The translations under genes were made by a program, and so were the position numbers. A DNA stretch of 64,000 nucleotides from Octopus sinensis. Taxonomy: Eukaryota. Of the stretch, positions 13,381 to 27,505 are shown one piece after another. The notes beneath the pieces are model-generated. The model ran no database searches and had not been told where the DNA came from. It saw only the letters and a program-made list of their open reading frames with translations. Within the stretch, counting starts at the first letter, position 1. Each line of letters begins with the position of its first letter. The stretch is from NCBI RefSeq assembly GCF_006345805.1, contig NC_043006.1, forward strand, positions 17,546,001 through 17,610,000, read 5' to 3'.

Positions 13381-14264
13381 CAGTAGTTTTCTCTTACTTT
13401 CTGTCTGTCAGATTCACTCAATGCCATGTTTTGCTTTAGATTGAATGAACTAAGTATCAAGAATATTTTTCATCATTATCATCAGTTTTTTTTTAATAAC
13501 AGTATTGCAAAGGAAGTTTTATCTGTGATAAATTTATTAGCTTTGATTTGCAATGTAAAAATATTTTCCAATAGATTTTGATTCCTGATGTAGAATTTCA
13601 ATTTATTGTGTTGTGTTATTTCCATAGACTTTGTTAAATTTCAGTAGATAGTTTCTGTTTTATTTGGTCATGTGAAACTATAGATTTCCCAGATACAATT
13701 CTAGTCTGTTATGTCAGTGATATTTTGTTTATGTTTAGTATTACTGTCTCATGTAACAAATGAAATAGAAATGTAAAAATATTGTCTGTTTTATAAACCT
13801 GAAGAATCCACGAAGAAATTATATAATATTTCAATATCCTGTTAGCATTCATGCATCACTGAATATATATCTGAACAACTGTTTACATCTTTCAATTCAT
13901 TTTAATATGAAGTTTTCCTTTTACTTTTATCTAGACATCAAATGTTGTTTGTTTGCAGCTTCATTGTTTAAAAGCAATTGCTGATTAAAGAGCATAAATG
14001 TTGTGTAGCAAATTTGATTTTCTAAATTGCTGCATTGTGGTTTATGGACAGATTTGTGGATTTCATATCTTAGCAAGGTGACTTGTAAGTTGTTGTAATA
14101 TCAGTCTACCTGTGGCAGGTTCAATTAGCCAATATGCTTTATACTTAGTCTCTTAGTCTTCTTATAGTTTTATAGTTAAATGGAATATTTATTGTAAAAT
14201 TAGGTATGATAAAGATTTTTTTTTGTATATTGTTATTTGAATAACTCAGTGTTGAGGGGATGTG

Positions 14265-14665
14265 ATCATCATCATCATCATCGTTTAACGTCTGTTTTCC
14301 ATGCTTGCATGGGTTGGATGGTTCGACCGGGGTCTGGGAAGCCAGGAGGCTGCACCAGGCTCTAGTCTGATCTGGCAGTGTTTCTACAGCTGGATGCCCT
14401 TCCTAACACCAACCACTCTGTGAGTGTAGCGGGTGCTTTTTACATGCCACTGGCACAGTTGCCAGTGGAGGCTGGTGACGGCCATGATCGGTTGGTGTTT
14501 TTTACGAAAGCCAGTCAAGGTGATGCTGGCATCGACCACGTACAGATGGTGCTTTTTACGTGCCAGGGGAGGCTGGCAATGGCCACAATCGGTTGGTTGT
14601 TTTTTATGTGCCACCGACACGGAAGCCAGTCAAGGCGGCACTGGCATTGACCACATACAGATGTC
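14265..14665 (-). mobile_element. SINE family C with internal tandem repeats
   Basis: (CAT)n tail at the left end; ggcacgtaaaaagcacc-type unit repeated three times on the minus strand. Confidence 0.8.
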
Positions 14666-14913
14666 AATGATTAAATCTTGCAAATAAAGCAAATACTACT
14701 CCTCTGGATAAAACAATGAAAATGAGTTGCTACATGATAAGCGTCATGTAATCTAATGTCTAATGATGAATTAACTAAAATGATTCTGGCAAGACTTCTT
14801 GTAAATAGAAAAAAATGAATCTTAATGATTATGATATAGAAGTGACTTATGCCAGCACAAATTTTACAATAAATTTGCCTCTACTAAGTGTCACCCCCAC
14901 CCCATCAGTAAAC

Positions 14914-15283
14914 TCTGAAAGCACTCCGTCGGTTACGACGATGAGGGTTCCGGTTGATCCGAATCAACGGAACAGCCTGCTCGTGAAATTAACGTGTAAG
15001 AAATTAACTCCACAGACACGTGCACCCTTAACGTAGTTCTCGGGGATATTCAGCGTGACATAGAGAGTGACAAGGCCGGCCCCTTGAAATACAGGTACAA
15101 CAGAAACAGGAAGTAAGAGTGAGAGAAAGTTGTGGTGAAAGAGTGCAGCAGGGATCACCACCATCCCTGCCGGAGCCTCGTGGAGCTTTTAGGTGTTTTC
15201 GCTCAATAAACACTCACAACACCCGGTCTGGGAATCGAAACCGCGAGTCCACTGCCCTAACCACTGGGCCATTGCGCCTCCAC
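14914..15283 (-). mobile_element. Full-length tRNA-derived SINE family D
   Basis: Head ggaggcgcaatggcccagtggttagggcag...; near-identical to 27506-27885; TSD ccatcagtaaac on both sides. Confidence 0.9.
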
Positions 15284-16174
15284 CCATCAGTAAACATTCC
15301 ATGGTTCTCAAACTTGCTTTCAAAACAACAACAACAATAATAATAATAATAATTTCAATTTAACATTTAACACTTTAGTATTTAAAGTGGTTATATCCAA
15401 AGAAAATGCTCTCGTTGATGGAATAACAAAGGTTGTTGTTTGTCATAAATAACACTGAATAACATGATTTTTTTTTTTGTTCTTTGGTAGCAACTGTTAT
15501 TTCTTATTTCTTTACCCCTAGAAAGTATGAAAAATGGCTAATATTTCTTGCAAAAATTTGCTTTTGTTAGATTTATTCAAACTCTAAAGAATCCCTCCCA
15601 ACACATGCTCCTTAACTACTCCTTCTCATGGTCAGTGATGCACATATTGTCAGCTAGTAAGAGACATGCTGAAGTGGTTAAGGTCAAGCAACTGACATGC
15701 AAATCCTTGATATTGAGCAGAATATTTGCTGTTAGCTGTTAGCAAATCATTGCTGAAACTGTCTGAAATGTAATGGAAAATAGGTCAGTTTCAAAACATT
15801 GATGTCCAGGTGACCAAAGCAACCTATGAAGGGAATAATAGTTATTTCCTTTGAGTTTTAGATAAAAGCAAAATAATAATAAAAAAAAATAACTCTTACT
15901 AACCAAAGACAAAAAAAAAGATTAAAATTTTGTTACACAGTGTAATCAATAAGTATAGTGTACCCACCACCACAAAAAAAAAAAAAAAGAGACTTCTCAC
16001 ATTTTACAAATTGACAAACATTTCAACAGCAAAACACAGTATGTGCAGGTCCAAACCATGATGATAAATGGAAGGGGAAAAAAAGTGGTAAAACATTAGC
16101 TACATGAAGATACCGTTACTACTTGTCTAGCAATATTAGTGCCACACCAGGGTTTTTTTTTTTATTTGCCACGC

Positions 16175-16360
16175 ATCATCATCATCATCATCATCGTTTA
16201 ACATCCGCCTTCCATGCTAGCATGGGTTGGACGATTTTGACTGAGGGCTGGCGAACCAGATGGCTGCACCAGACTCCAATCTGATCTGGCAGAGTTTCTA
16301 CAGCTGGATGCCCTTTCTAATGCCAACCACTCCGAGAGTGTAGTGGGTGCTTTTTACGTG
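16175..16360 (-). mobile_element. SINE family C 3' part
   Basis: Very similar to 51820-52000 and 62810-62995. Confidence 0.85.
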
Positions 16361-16439
16361 TTCAAAATGGAATAAAATTACATGGATTCGTATTATATTT
16401 AAAAGAGCTGCACTTTCTAAAAATAAAATATTCTCAGTA

Positions 16440-16990
16440 TGGCAGCTGAAGTAGGTATTTCTGTAATCCTATGGTGGTTATTTTGTAATAGTTTTCTAGT
16501 TGTATAAGGCCTCTACCACCTACGATACAATATAACCTTTCTATGTCAGATTTTGTATGGTGCATCCTAAATCCTTTCATTATTTTTCTTGTTTTCCTGT
16601 CTATTTTGATTAGTTTGCTAAGAGTCCAGTTAAGAATATTCTAGCTGTAACTTATAACTGGGATGGCTAGTGTTGATACCTATTATCTTGTTTTTCACAT
16701 TGAGTTCTGTTTCCAGTATTAATCTAACTCTTCTATAGTATTCCTTTCTTATCTTCTCTTTCATGTGTGCGTTGTATCATATCTAGTTCATTAATTCCTA
16801 AGTATTTGTATGTCTAATTCTCTTATTTCATTTGCTTTATCTAGTATAATGTTGTTACTCTTAACTAGGTTTTCTCTTTCAAGGTTGCTTTGGCTCATTT
16901 TTCTAAGCCAAATTTCATGTTTATTTCTTTGGTAAATCCATGTACAGTCTGTAGTAATGTTTCCAGCTTATTATTCAGTAGTGTTATTTT
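16440..16990 (-). pseudogene. R4/Dong-clade non-LTR retrotransposon RT C-terminal fragment
   Basis: Minus-strand remnants MKFGLEK, YKYLG, EYYRRVRLIL, NWT, MHHTKSDIERLY, GGRGL, typical of R4/Dong RTs; stops and frameshifts present. Confidence 0.8.
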
Positions 16991-17332
16991 TATCACGTGC
17001 TTTCACTGCACTATCGAGTGCAGCCTTGGGTATGTACTGTGGTTTGTTGTGATGCTCTTGTTTTTATTGTATTGAAAGTGTTTTATGTAGGATGTGTGCA
17101 GTGCACAATAGCGTTATTTTCTGTATGTTATATATACTTGTTAGTCCTGTAGCTTTTAGTTATGTATTTGTCTGAATATTTTTTTATCATACCTAATGCA
17201 CCTACTATGATGGCAATTGTTTCTGGTTTTAGACTTCATATTTGAGTTCCCTCTTTCTAGATTTTTATATTTTGGAAAGTTTCTCTGTTTCGTTTAGAGA
17301 AACGTTATCATCTGAGTTACCTCTATTTCCAG
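16991..17332 (-). pseudogene. R4/Dong-clade restriction-like endonuclease C-terminus plus 3'UTR
   Basis: Minus-strand IIVGALG and IQKITLLCTAHIL..TLSIQ*; abuts (TAA)9 at 17333-17359. Confidence 0.75.
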
Positions 17333-17959
17333 ATTATTATTATTATTATTATTATTATTCCTATTTAGTATTACTACTACTACTACAGGAAATAGACTGA
17401 AATACTAGAAGTAAATAGGTTCAACTTTGCTTTTGAAATGGTGGAAGTAAGGATGGTGCTAAGCTGGTAGGGACAGAGATTTTGCATTCATGTACATATC
17501 ATGCTGTCATTTTTCATTGTGGCAAGGTTGATAGCCAGTAGAAGCTAGGGTACTAATTAACAACAGAAGTGAATAGCTTCAGGTTAATGAGTAAACATTA
17601 GCATCTTCAATAGTAATAGGCCTGCATTGAAATACTATACTCCACCTACCCAATGCCTTTTATAAATACAGTGAGCTCTGTAGTAAAATGACAGTGAATT
17701 TAAACTTTAGATAATCTATAATGCACTTATGAAATTAATGTTGTTAGTAATTAATAACTGAACATTAATTTACTTGGATAGTTTGCTGTAATTAATAATG
17801 CTTCATTGCATTGGAATTGCCATATGTTGTTTAGACACAAATGAACTCTGATTTATTTATTTAACAAGTTTATGTAATGGGACTGAACCTGGAACCACTT
17901 GGTTGGGAAGCATTTATCTTCATAGTATTTATGATTTAGGTACATATGATTCCCATACC

Positions 17960-18170
17960 AGGCTGTGTGTTATGTTCTAGAGCTAGACACTTTATTTTAT
18001 GTTGCTCCAGTTCACTCAGCTGTAGAAATGAGTTGTGGTGTGGAGAGGGGAGGCTGGTATGCATGGGCAACTGCTGGTCTTCCATAAACAACCTTGTTGT
18101 GACTTGTGCCTCCAAGAGAAACTTTCTATATGCAATCCCATGGTCATTCATGACTGAAGGGGATCTTTTG
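17960..18170 (+). mobile_element. SINE family E fragment
   Basis: Homologous to 44476-44810(-) and 39110-39185. Confidence 0.7.
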
Positions 18171-20214
18171 CACTGGAAGATATTTACTGATAGTTATAGC
18201 CATCATTATCATCATTTAGCATCCAAGATCTATGCTGATATGGGTTGGATAGTTTGACAGGTTGACGAACTGTATCGTGTTCCAGTGTCTGCTTTGGTAT
18301 GGTTTCTATGACTAAAAGCCCTTCCTAATGCCACCAAGTTTGCAGTGTGTACTGGTTGCTTCTTTTTATTGGCACCAGCACTTGTGAAGTTGCTGAGGCT
18401 GCCACGTAAGACTGTGAACTTTGACAGAGATGGCCTTATGCCAGGAGATAAAAAGTTAAAATATATAAGGGAAGGGTCCAGATTAGAACTGCTTTGCATG
18501 GCTTGCTAATAAAGAGATTACTTAGAGAGAGAGAGAGAGAGAGAGAGAGAAATTCCTAAAACATTTAACTCTTAAAATTCAGTTTCTTTTGCATGATCTT
18601 TAGAACTATCTTCATGCTATAATACATAGAACATTTTTGTTTTGCTTTTATTTCTTTGGTGCCGAGACATATGAGTGAAAGATTAGTTTCTTGTAGAATC
18701 TTGAATTTAAACCAGCTAAAGGACATAAACTTGTTAACTACAGTTAGTTAAAAAAGAAAACATATCATTCTGTTGTGAAAATGTTTCAAAGGAGTCTGCT
18801 GAGCATATGGGGGGGAAAGTAAACAATAGGACGAGCATGGTTGCTGTCAAATTTGATGATTGATGCCCTTCGCTAACTAACTATAAAGTCTTGTGATATA
18901 ATGCAGGCCTTTGATGATGTAATAACTTGTCATTGTCATCTTGTTGTCAGAGTTCTTTTACTGCTGTTAATCACCAAAGAGCTATTATTTTTATTTATAT
19001 TTACCTCATTTGAAATTTTTGTCTTTGTATTTTGTTTTCCACCTGTCAGTGCTAAATCTAAAAGAATAGTTTGAATGTTTGAGCTTTTGGGGGTATTTAA
19101 AAAAATTTTTTTTTTTTTTTTGAAGCATTTGCTTTTTGAATTTTGTTACCTGAAAACTCTGTAAATTGAATTCTGATTTCATGATGTCCAGAAATCTATA
19201 CAGATTTTTTTTTTTCTTCAGGGCTGTAGCTTGCATTAAATAAATGATTTTCAGATATACAATTATCAAATTATGAATATTAGTAGACTTCTCATTTATG
19301 AACAGTTAATTAATTACATGTATTGCTCTTCTTAGGTAAAATATTTGATTTTTATCTTCAGTTTTAATTGTCCTAAAACAAATTAACTCTTTTGTTACCA
19401 TGAAAGGTTTTATTTTAGCTCACTTTAACCCTTTTGTTACCACATTTCTTATAGAATACACAGTTTCAATTATGTGGAATTTTTGTTAGAATGTTTTAAG
19501 ATCATTTTAAGACAGGAAGTTTGTATCATAGAATGGGGGACAGCTTGAACTGGTTTGGTATGAAAAAGTTTAATAAAGGTAAAAATGTTTTAGGAAAGGT
19601 TATTGGCATTAAGAAGCATAGTTACCTTAGAAACCATGCCAAAGCAGGTCAAACCATCCGACCCATGCTAGCATCGAAAATGGCTGTTAAATGATGATCA
19701 TAGTAAAAAATGTCTGCATTTATATTATAGCTGTTCAGTTTTGTTAATGATTTTGTGGGTAAGAAGTCTGTTTCACAACTATAAGGTTTTGGGTTTGATC
19801 TCACCTGCTGCGTGGAACCTCAGGCTGTCCAATAATGAAATCTGATAGATGGAAACTCATAGTGTGTAGGAATTTGGTAGATGGAAACTGTACAAAGCCT
19901 ATTTTATATATATATATATATAAAATGTATATATATATAAAATGTATATGTGCATGTGTTTGTTATTCCATACATCGCATGTTAGAGTGCAGACAATGAA
20001 GTTTATTGTAATTTTTTTACAACAAAATGAATAAATCCCGGGGTCGAGTTGCTCGATTAAAGGCGGTGCTCCAGCATGGCTGCAGTCAAATGACTGAAAC
20101 AAGTACAAGTACAAGAGTAAGTCATCCACCAGCTCTACGCTTTCAAAGACATGTGGAAAAGAGAAATTCCTTTCTAGAAAAACCGTTAGAATTTAGTGGC
20201 AGAAAAGGTAACTA

Positions 20215-20377
20215 GGCGCTGGAGTGGCTGTGTGGTAAGTAGCTTGCTTACCAACCACATGGTTCTGGGTTCAGTCCCACTGTGTGGCACCTTAGGCAAG
20301 TGTCTTCTACTATAGCCTTGGGCCAACCAAAGCCTTGTGAGTGGATTTGGTAGACGGAAACTGAAAGAAGTCCATCG

Positions 20378-20426
<49 letters not shown>

Positions 20427-20622
20427 GTGTGTGTGTGTCTGTGTTTGTCTCCCCAGCATCGCTTGACAACCGATGCTGGTGTGTTTACGTCCTCGTAACT
20501 TAGCGGTTCGGTGAAAGCGACCGATAGAATAAGTACTAGGGTCGATTTGCTTGACTAAAGGCGCTGCTCCAGCATGGCCACAGTCAAAGGACTGAAACAA
20601 GTAAAAGAGAGTAAAGAGTAAA
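20215..20622 (+). mobile_element. SINE family B (tRNA head, CORE-like gtggcaccttgggcaagtg block, central TA/TG microsatellite, gtaaaaga tail)
   Basis: Colinear with 24590-24986, 26676-27066 and 47318-47730(-). Confidence 0.9.
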
Positions 20623-21406
20623 AGAGCTGTAAAAACAAGGCTTCAGTAACAATGCTTAAGCCATGCTGGCATGGAAAATACATAGAACAGATGTGTGTTT
20701 GTGTGTGTGTTTACTTCCTTGTGTGTCATTGTATTGACTTTCAAAGCAGGCACACTTGACACCAGGTGGACTACAGTGACATTTGTCTGTCCAGCATAAA
20801 CTCTCATGTCCAACAGCTCAGTGGTTCAAAGATCTATTCATTCCTAATACCTTTGAACAGATTCACATATGACTATCTGATTGATGTTCTTTTGTAGTTG
20901 ACAGATTACCTTCTCCCTTCAAATGTTTGTAATGTGATTCATTGGCTTAGGGGGACTTTGAGACACACAATGCTTTGACCTTATTGCGTGCCTCCTCTGT
21001 CAAAGCTGCCCAACCAGACCACTGAATCTGACAAGAGCTTCAGTGCTTCTTTATAGGAATCAACAAACAGATTATTTGCTGATGCATGCAGATGTCTGCC
21101 AAACGATGATAACTCATGGAATGCATGCAGAAAGGCAAGAATCCAAAGAATAATATACCTATTCATTCTTAATATGTTCTGGCAGATTCAGATGTGAATA
21201 TCTGATTGCTATTTTTTTCCTCATAACACAAATGTTTGTTCATAACACAAGCAACTCACAGTAGTAAGGGTTTGACTCTGCCAAAATGTACAAAGAATGA
21301 ATAGATACACACAACAGCAATCAGATATTTATGTTTGAATCTGCCAAGATGTTTTAAGAATGGATAGATATATTATTGTTTAGATTGTCATTCTTCTACA
21401 TGTCAT

Positions 21407-21721
21407 TCAATACAATGACACACAAGGAAGTAAACATGCAAACACACATCTGTTCTATGTATTTTCCATGCTAGCATGGCTTAAGTATTGTTACTGAAGC
21501 CTTGATTTTACAGCTCTTTTACTCTTTTACTTGTTTCAGTCCTTTGACTGTGGCCATGCTGGAGCACCACCTTTAGTCAAGCAAATTGACCCCCAGCACT
21601 TATTCTTTGTAAGCCTAGTACTTATTCTATCGGTCTCTTTCGCCAAACCGCTAAGTTACAAGGATGTAAACACACCAGCATCGGTTGTCAAACGATCTTG
21701 GGGAGACAAACACAGACACAT
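21407..21721 (-). repeat. Inverted duplicate of 20433-20737 (SINE 3' half plus unique flank)
   Basis: Reverse-complement match extends about 115 bp beyond the SINE; the copies share private variants agtcaaaggactg and gtctcccc. Confidence 0.85.
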
Positions 21722-24589
21722 ATACACTCAACAGCAATCAGATATTTATGTTTGAATCTGCCAAGATGTTTTAAGAATTACACATATTCTTTTCCATTTT
21801 TAACCTGAATAGATATATTATTGTTTAGATTGTCATTCTTCTACATGCCCCCCCATGAATTGAAATGATATTTGTTTTGTAAAATACATGGATTGGTACT
21901 TTTATCATCCATCATTTACAGATAGCAAGCTCATTGCTGTGCCTGTCTTAGAAAACATACTGTAACACCCTTTCATATACATTTAAAAAGTGTAAGGTAT
22001 ATTTGCCACTCACACACAAGCATGCCTATAGATTGAACAGATTGAACAGATTTTTATATGCTTCCCAGACTGAAATACATTTCTTTGCACATCAAAAGAT
22101 TTAAACTAATTTAGCTATTTAGTACTTGATTAGATATTTATTTATTCACCATCAACACTTTTATCTGGTTATAACTGTCTCAAATATTTTTGAAGAAAAT
22201 AAAAAAAAAAGAAAGAAATGCAATTGAAATATTGTCATACTCGATATTAAATTTCTTTTTCTATATTGATTTTAATTTGTTAGCAGTTATTTGTTTCTGA
22301 CGAATTTTTGCAAATAACACTTCAGTTTTAAATAACTATATAAAAAAATTAAAAATGCTTTTTTTTTTTTGACATGACATTGAAAAATACAAATGTTTTA
22401 AGTGTCAAAACCTAGAAAATTTATTGTTTTGTGAAAATAATTTTGTTAGCTGCTACTACGACTCAATGTAAAGAGTACCTAAGCAAATCTTTTGCAAAAA
22501 ATTTTACTGTTTCGAAAATAACTATTTCAATAACTTTATTAAATATTGCTCTCTATGTAAAAATAATTTTTATTAAATTTTTAACTCTGGTACTTTTTTT
22601 TCCAAATAATCTTTATTCAGTTTTTCTTTAACAAAGACATTCTCTGACATTTTGATGCCATTTTTTGTATCTAAGCATTCTTAGCAGGTATATTTAAATG
22701 AATCTTCTGCTATATAAGCAGATATGACTGTGTGATTGATAAGTTTACTTGCCATCCACATGGTTTATGATTCAATCCCACTGCATGGCACTGTAGTGTC
22801 TTCTACTATAGTCCCAAGCTGACCAAATGTTTTGTGAGTGGATTTGGTTGATAGGAACTGAAACCTCATACATGCTGTTGTCTCCTTGCTTTGACATCGC
22901 ATAACAGTTTTAAATGAGTGTCACCATCATGCAGGTTGTGTCCTTTGTCTCCAGTGAAAGCATATTTGGTTATGGGGAAATACTACCTTATTTGGAAACA
23001 GGTCATAACTGGTAATACAAAGGGCACCTAGCCATAGAAAAGTAGACATTAAAATGATAATGATGGCAATTTTTACACATACACACACTCATATCTATGT
23101 ATGGCGAGCAACCATACAATTTTAATGCATTAATTTCACTTACAAGACATTGGGTTTCTTTATTTCACACAAATAGAATTATTTAATTTAAAATTGTAGG
23201 AAATGTTTATAAAAAGCCCTCTCATACTGTATTTTTTCTTTTTAATTCAAAACATTTGTTTTTTGTATTCTTTCTTAAAAATAACATTTTGTTTATCTCT
23301 TTTATTGATCTCATGTTACTTATAAATCTCTGATCATGCAGAAATATAACTTTAAAATAATGTTTTAAGTATCTGGTAAAAATAATTCCCTTGAGGAATT
23401 ATGGGATTAAAACTTGTTCAGTTGAAATTGGTGCAGAAGATATTAAGTTGGAATACATTAAAGTTAAGAAATTTGGTTTTCAACCACATTGTTCTGGTTC
23501 TGTTCAGTTTCTATTCCACTGCATGACATTTTGGGCAAGTGTCTTTTACAGTGCCAGGCTGACCAAAGCCTTGAAAGTGAGTTTGGTAGACAGAAACTGA
23601 CATGTGTGTATGTGTGTATATATGTATTTAAGAGCACTGTAGTTCGCTTGAAGCATTGTAATATGAAAGAAGGTTAAAAGAGATAAAATAGAAAGCTTCT
23701 GACAATGCGGATAGTTTTATAAAACCTTTTATATTTCAGGCACAAAGTCCCATCTTCAGAAGAAAAACTGTCTGGGAAATGTCCAGTTATGCAGGTTCCA
23801 TTAACCCATTCAAATCCCCTAACAGTATGTGTGTGTTTATATCTGTATAGATGTGTGTCTTTGTTATGGACATTGATAATTATAAATGTGTCACCAGTAT
23901 ATACACATACTGCCCAGCATTTCCAATTTTCCTTGAAAGCAATTTCTCGCCATAGGAAAATATCACCTTGCTTGGAAACAGGTGAGGGTTGGTGACAGGA
24001 AGGGCATCTGATTATAGAAAATCTGCTTCTAATTGTGAGGAACTGCTTCTAATTGAAATTTACCATTATGTTTTTGGTATTATCTCAATGAAATTTCCTT
24101 TGGTACTGAATTTAGAAGTTGTGTATTTTTGTCTGGGAGTAAATTTGCCCCTAAATTTTTTTTACTTGCTTCTATCCTTGGATTATGGCTATGCTGGGGC
24201 ACTTCCCTGAAGGACTTGTAATCACATGATTTAATCCCAGTACTTATATTTTTTATAAACTTGGTACTTATTCGATTGATCTCTTTTGTTGAACCGTTAA
24301 GTTACAGGGACATAAACATCCCTATGCCAGTTGTCAAGTGGTGGTGGGATCAAACTCACACACAATGGGCTTTCAGTTTCTGTTTGTCAAATCCACTCAA
24401 GGCTTTGGTTGGCCTGAGGCTATTTTCAGAAGATACTTGCCCATGATGCCATGCAGTGGGACTGAACTCAGAACCATGTAGTTGAGAAGGAAGCTTCTTA
24501 CCACACAGTCACACCTGTACCTAATGTTAGAAATTATATATGTGGGTATAAAGTTTACACATATAATGTGGGTATAAAGTTTACACAGG

Positions 24590-24986
24590 TGCAGGAGTGG
24601 CTGTGTGATAAGTAGCTTGCCTACCAACCACATGGTTCTGGGTTCAGTCCCACTGCGTGGCATCTTGGGCAAGTGTCTTCTGCTATAGCCTCGGGCCGAC
24701 CAATGCCTTGTGAGTGGATTTGGTAGACGGAAACTGAAAGAAGCCTGTCGTATATATGTATATATATATGTATGTATGTGTGTCTGTGTTTGTCCCTCTA
24801 GCATTGCTTGACATTGCTTGCTGGTGTGTTTACGTCCCTGTCACTTAGCGGTTCGGCAAAAGAGACCAATAGAATAAGTACTGAGCTTACAAAGAATAAG
24901 TCTCTGGGTCGATTTGCTCGACTAAAGGCGGTGCTCCAGCATGGCCGCAGTCAAATGACTGAAACAAGTAAAAGAGTAAAAGAGTA
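24590..24986 (+). mobile_element. SINE family B, full length
   Basis: caggagtggctgtgtg head through gagtaaaagagta tail. Confidence 0.9.
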
Positions 24987-25706
24987 TACATACATCTTGT
25001 GGTGAGTCAGTGAGGAGCCTCTCTTCAGTTGCTCTCAACCTGTGAGAAAGGGCACCCAAATTTCCCTGAAAAATCACATCCTTTGGCATTTAAGAATGAA
25101 AAGACTTGTTGCATAATGTAGTTCTACATACACCATGTATGAAAAAAAGACAAAAGAAAAATTGATGGTTACCTTCGATTATTATTTTCATCCCTCAAGG
25201 CCGGCATGGGAATCCTTTTTAAAATAACAAATCTGAAAAGTATTGATCTTTGCAGAAGTGTTATGTGATAATATGTTAAGATATGTAAACAACATCTCTG
25301 TTTCGTGATGACCCAGTCACTAATGTGATTAATTTTGTTCTTTAATTAAATTTTGTTGCAAACATTAACAGAATTATATATATTTTTCTTTTAATTATGT
25401 AAGTTTATGATCAGTAATGATTCTTTTTTTTTTTTTTTGCATTTTTTTTTATGGTAAGGAGGTGGGGGTGGGGAAGAAATTGCTTTAAAAACATTATTTC
25501 CTAATTGAAACACTTTTTATGAGCAAAACTATTTTTTCAACATTGCTAATATTTATTGAATTAATGGATATTAAACACATTTACCACGAAAAATAAATGA
25601 ATAATAACTTTCACAATAATATGTTTCTCTTTAGGAAATAAGTAGTTTCACTTGTCAAACTGAACATTTCTTCTCAGCGACTTTTATTATTATTTTTATT
25701 ATTATT

Positions 25707-26392
25707 ATGGTAGCAGGCTGGCTAATTGTTAGCATGATGGATGAAATGCTTAGTGGTATTTCACCTGTTGTTACGTTGTGAGTTCAAATTCTGCCAAAGT
25801 CAACTTTGCTTTTCAACCTTTCTGGATTGATAAAATAAGTACCAGTGAAATACGGGATGGGGAGGGGGGCAATGTAATTGACTCATCCCCTCTTCCTCCA
25901 AATTGCTGCCCTTGTGGCAAAATTTGAAACCATTATTATTAAGGTGATTAGCTGGCAGAATTGTTAGCATGCCGGGCGAAATGCTCAGCGGTATTTCGTC
26001 TGCCGTTATGTTCTAAGTTCAAATTCCGCTGAGGTTGACTTTGCCTCTCATCCTTTCGAGGTCGATAAATTAAGTACCAGTTATGCACTGGGGGTCAATA
26101 TAAATGACTTAATCCGGCTGTCTGTTCTTGTTTGTCCCCTCTATGTTTAGCTCCTTGTGGGTAGTAAAGAAATAGGTATTTTGCCTGTCTTTACATTGTG
26201 AGTTCAATTCCACTGAGGTTGACTTTGTCTTTTATCCTTTCAGGGTCGATAAATTAAATACCAGTGAAACAGTGGGGTCGATGTAATCAATTCATCCCCT
26301 CTGCAAAAATTGCTGCCCTTGTGGCAAAATTTGAAACCATTATTATTATTATGAAGGTAGTGAGCTGTCAGAATTGTTAGCACATTGGATAA
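25707..26392 (+). mobile_element. Head-to-tail array of SINE family A copies separated by (ATT)n
   Basis: About four units, several ending aaatttgaaaccattattatt. Confidence 0.8.
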
Positions 26393-26675
26393 TGCTATGT
26401 TTGAATCCAGTGTGCAACATTTTGGTCAAGTGTCTTTTGCCATAGTTTTGGGTTGTGAGTGAAATTTACTGCATACAAGCTGTATGAATGCTCATCATTT
26501 GTTTGTGTGTGTGAGTGAGTGATAGAGAGACGGGAGGGATGAGAGAGAGAGAGAGAGAGTCTGCCTTTCACTGATGTATGTTGGTAAAAGATGTTAAGGT
26601 CAGTAAGAAAAACCACAAACCCTGTACTTTTCTTAAGTGATGATAATGATGATGATGCATTTAGGGAAATTTAAT

Positions 26676-27066
26676 AGGAGTGGCTGTGTGGTAAGTAGCT
26701 TGCTTACAAACCACATGGTTCCGGGTTCAGTCCCACTGTGTGGCACCTTGGGCAAGTGTCTTCTGCTATAGCTTTGGGCCAGCCAAAGCCTTGTGAGTGG
26801 ATTTGGTAGACGGAAACTGAAAGAAGCCCGTCGTGTATATGTATGTGTATGTGTATATATTTGTGTGTCTGTGTTTGTCCCCCCAACATCGCTTGACAAC
26901 CGATGTTGGTGTGTTTACATCCCCGTAACTTAGCGGTTCAGCAAAAGAGACCGATAGAATAAGTACTAGGCTTACAAAGAATGAGTCCTGGGCTAGATTT
27001 GCTCGACTAAAAAAGGTGGTGCTCCAGCATGGCCACAGTCAAATGACTGAAACAAGTAAAAGAATA
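26676..27066 (+). mobile_element. SINE family B, full length
   Basis: Same organisation as 24590-24986. Confidence 0.9.
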
Positions 27067-27505
27067 AGTCATTTATTCAATGCATACCATTTCATTTTAT
27101 GGAATAAATTGAGCTTCACTGTCATTGCTCTTTCAATCAAATCATGGTCATATTATTATTCCTTGAAAATATAATCGTAACTTTTCATCCCTGAAATCAA
27201 TTTGGTTCCTGTGTAGTCATGACCACACATAGGCACACTCTCAGGCCTCTCCTCTTGACCCAGTAAAACACAGATATGATAGTTGGAGGGATAGTAGAGT
27301 GCCCCAGCACTCATCTGGGACTCCTCTCAGCCAAGTAGACTGGACCATGTGTGATTCTGTGTACATATTTTAAATGATAATAAAATTAAAAAAAGCATCA
27401 TCACAATAGTGAAGCAGGTGCAAAAACACTAGAGTCTTGTTGTCTGCAATTTTCCATACTGTATGATTCTTTTGAAATCTTCAGTTTTCCATTCTGTGTG
27501 TATGT

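Noticed and set aside
20981-21166. 61-aa ORF MNRYIILWILAFLHAF... with a hydrophobic N-terminus
   Set aside because: Its start lies in a locally duplicated hairpin arm; no recognisable homology or splice context. Kept only as spacer of the inverted duplication.
23740-23795. Exon-like HKVPSSEEKLSGKCPVMQ with a CP heme-motif look
   Set aside because: Weak donor (gttcca), lies among SINE debris, no supporting neighbours.
24397-24804. Recurrent ORFs such as MLGGQTQTH..., MFQSFDCGHAG..., MFIERKHLK... throughout the track
   Set aside because: Translations of SINE families B and D, repeated wherever a copy occurs.
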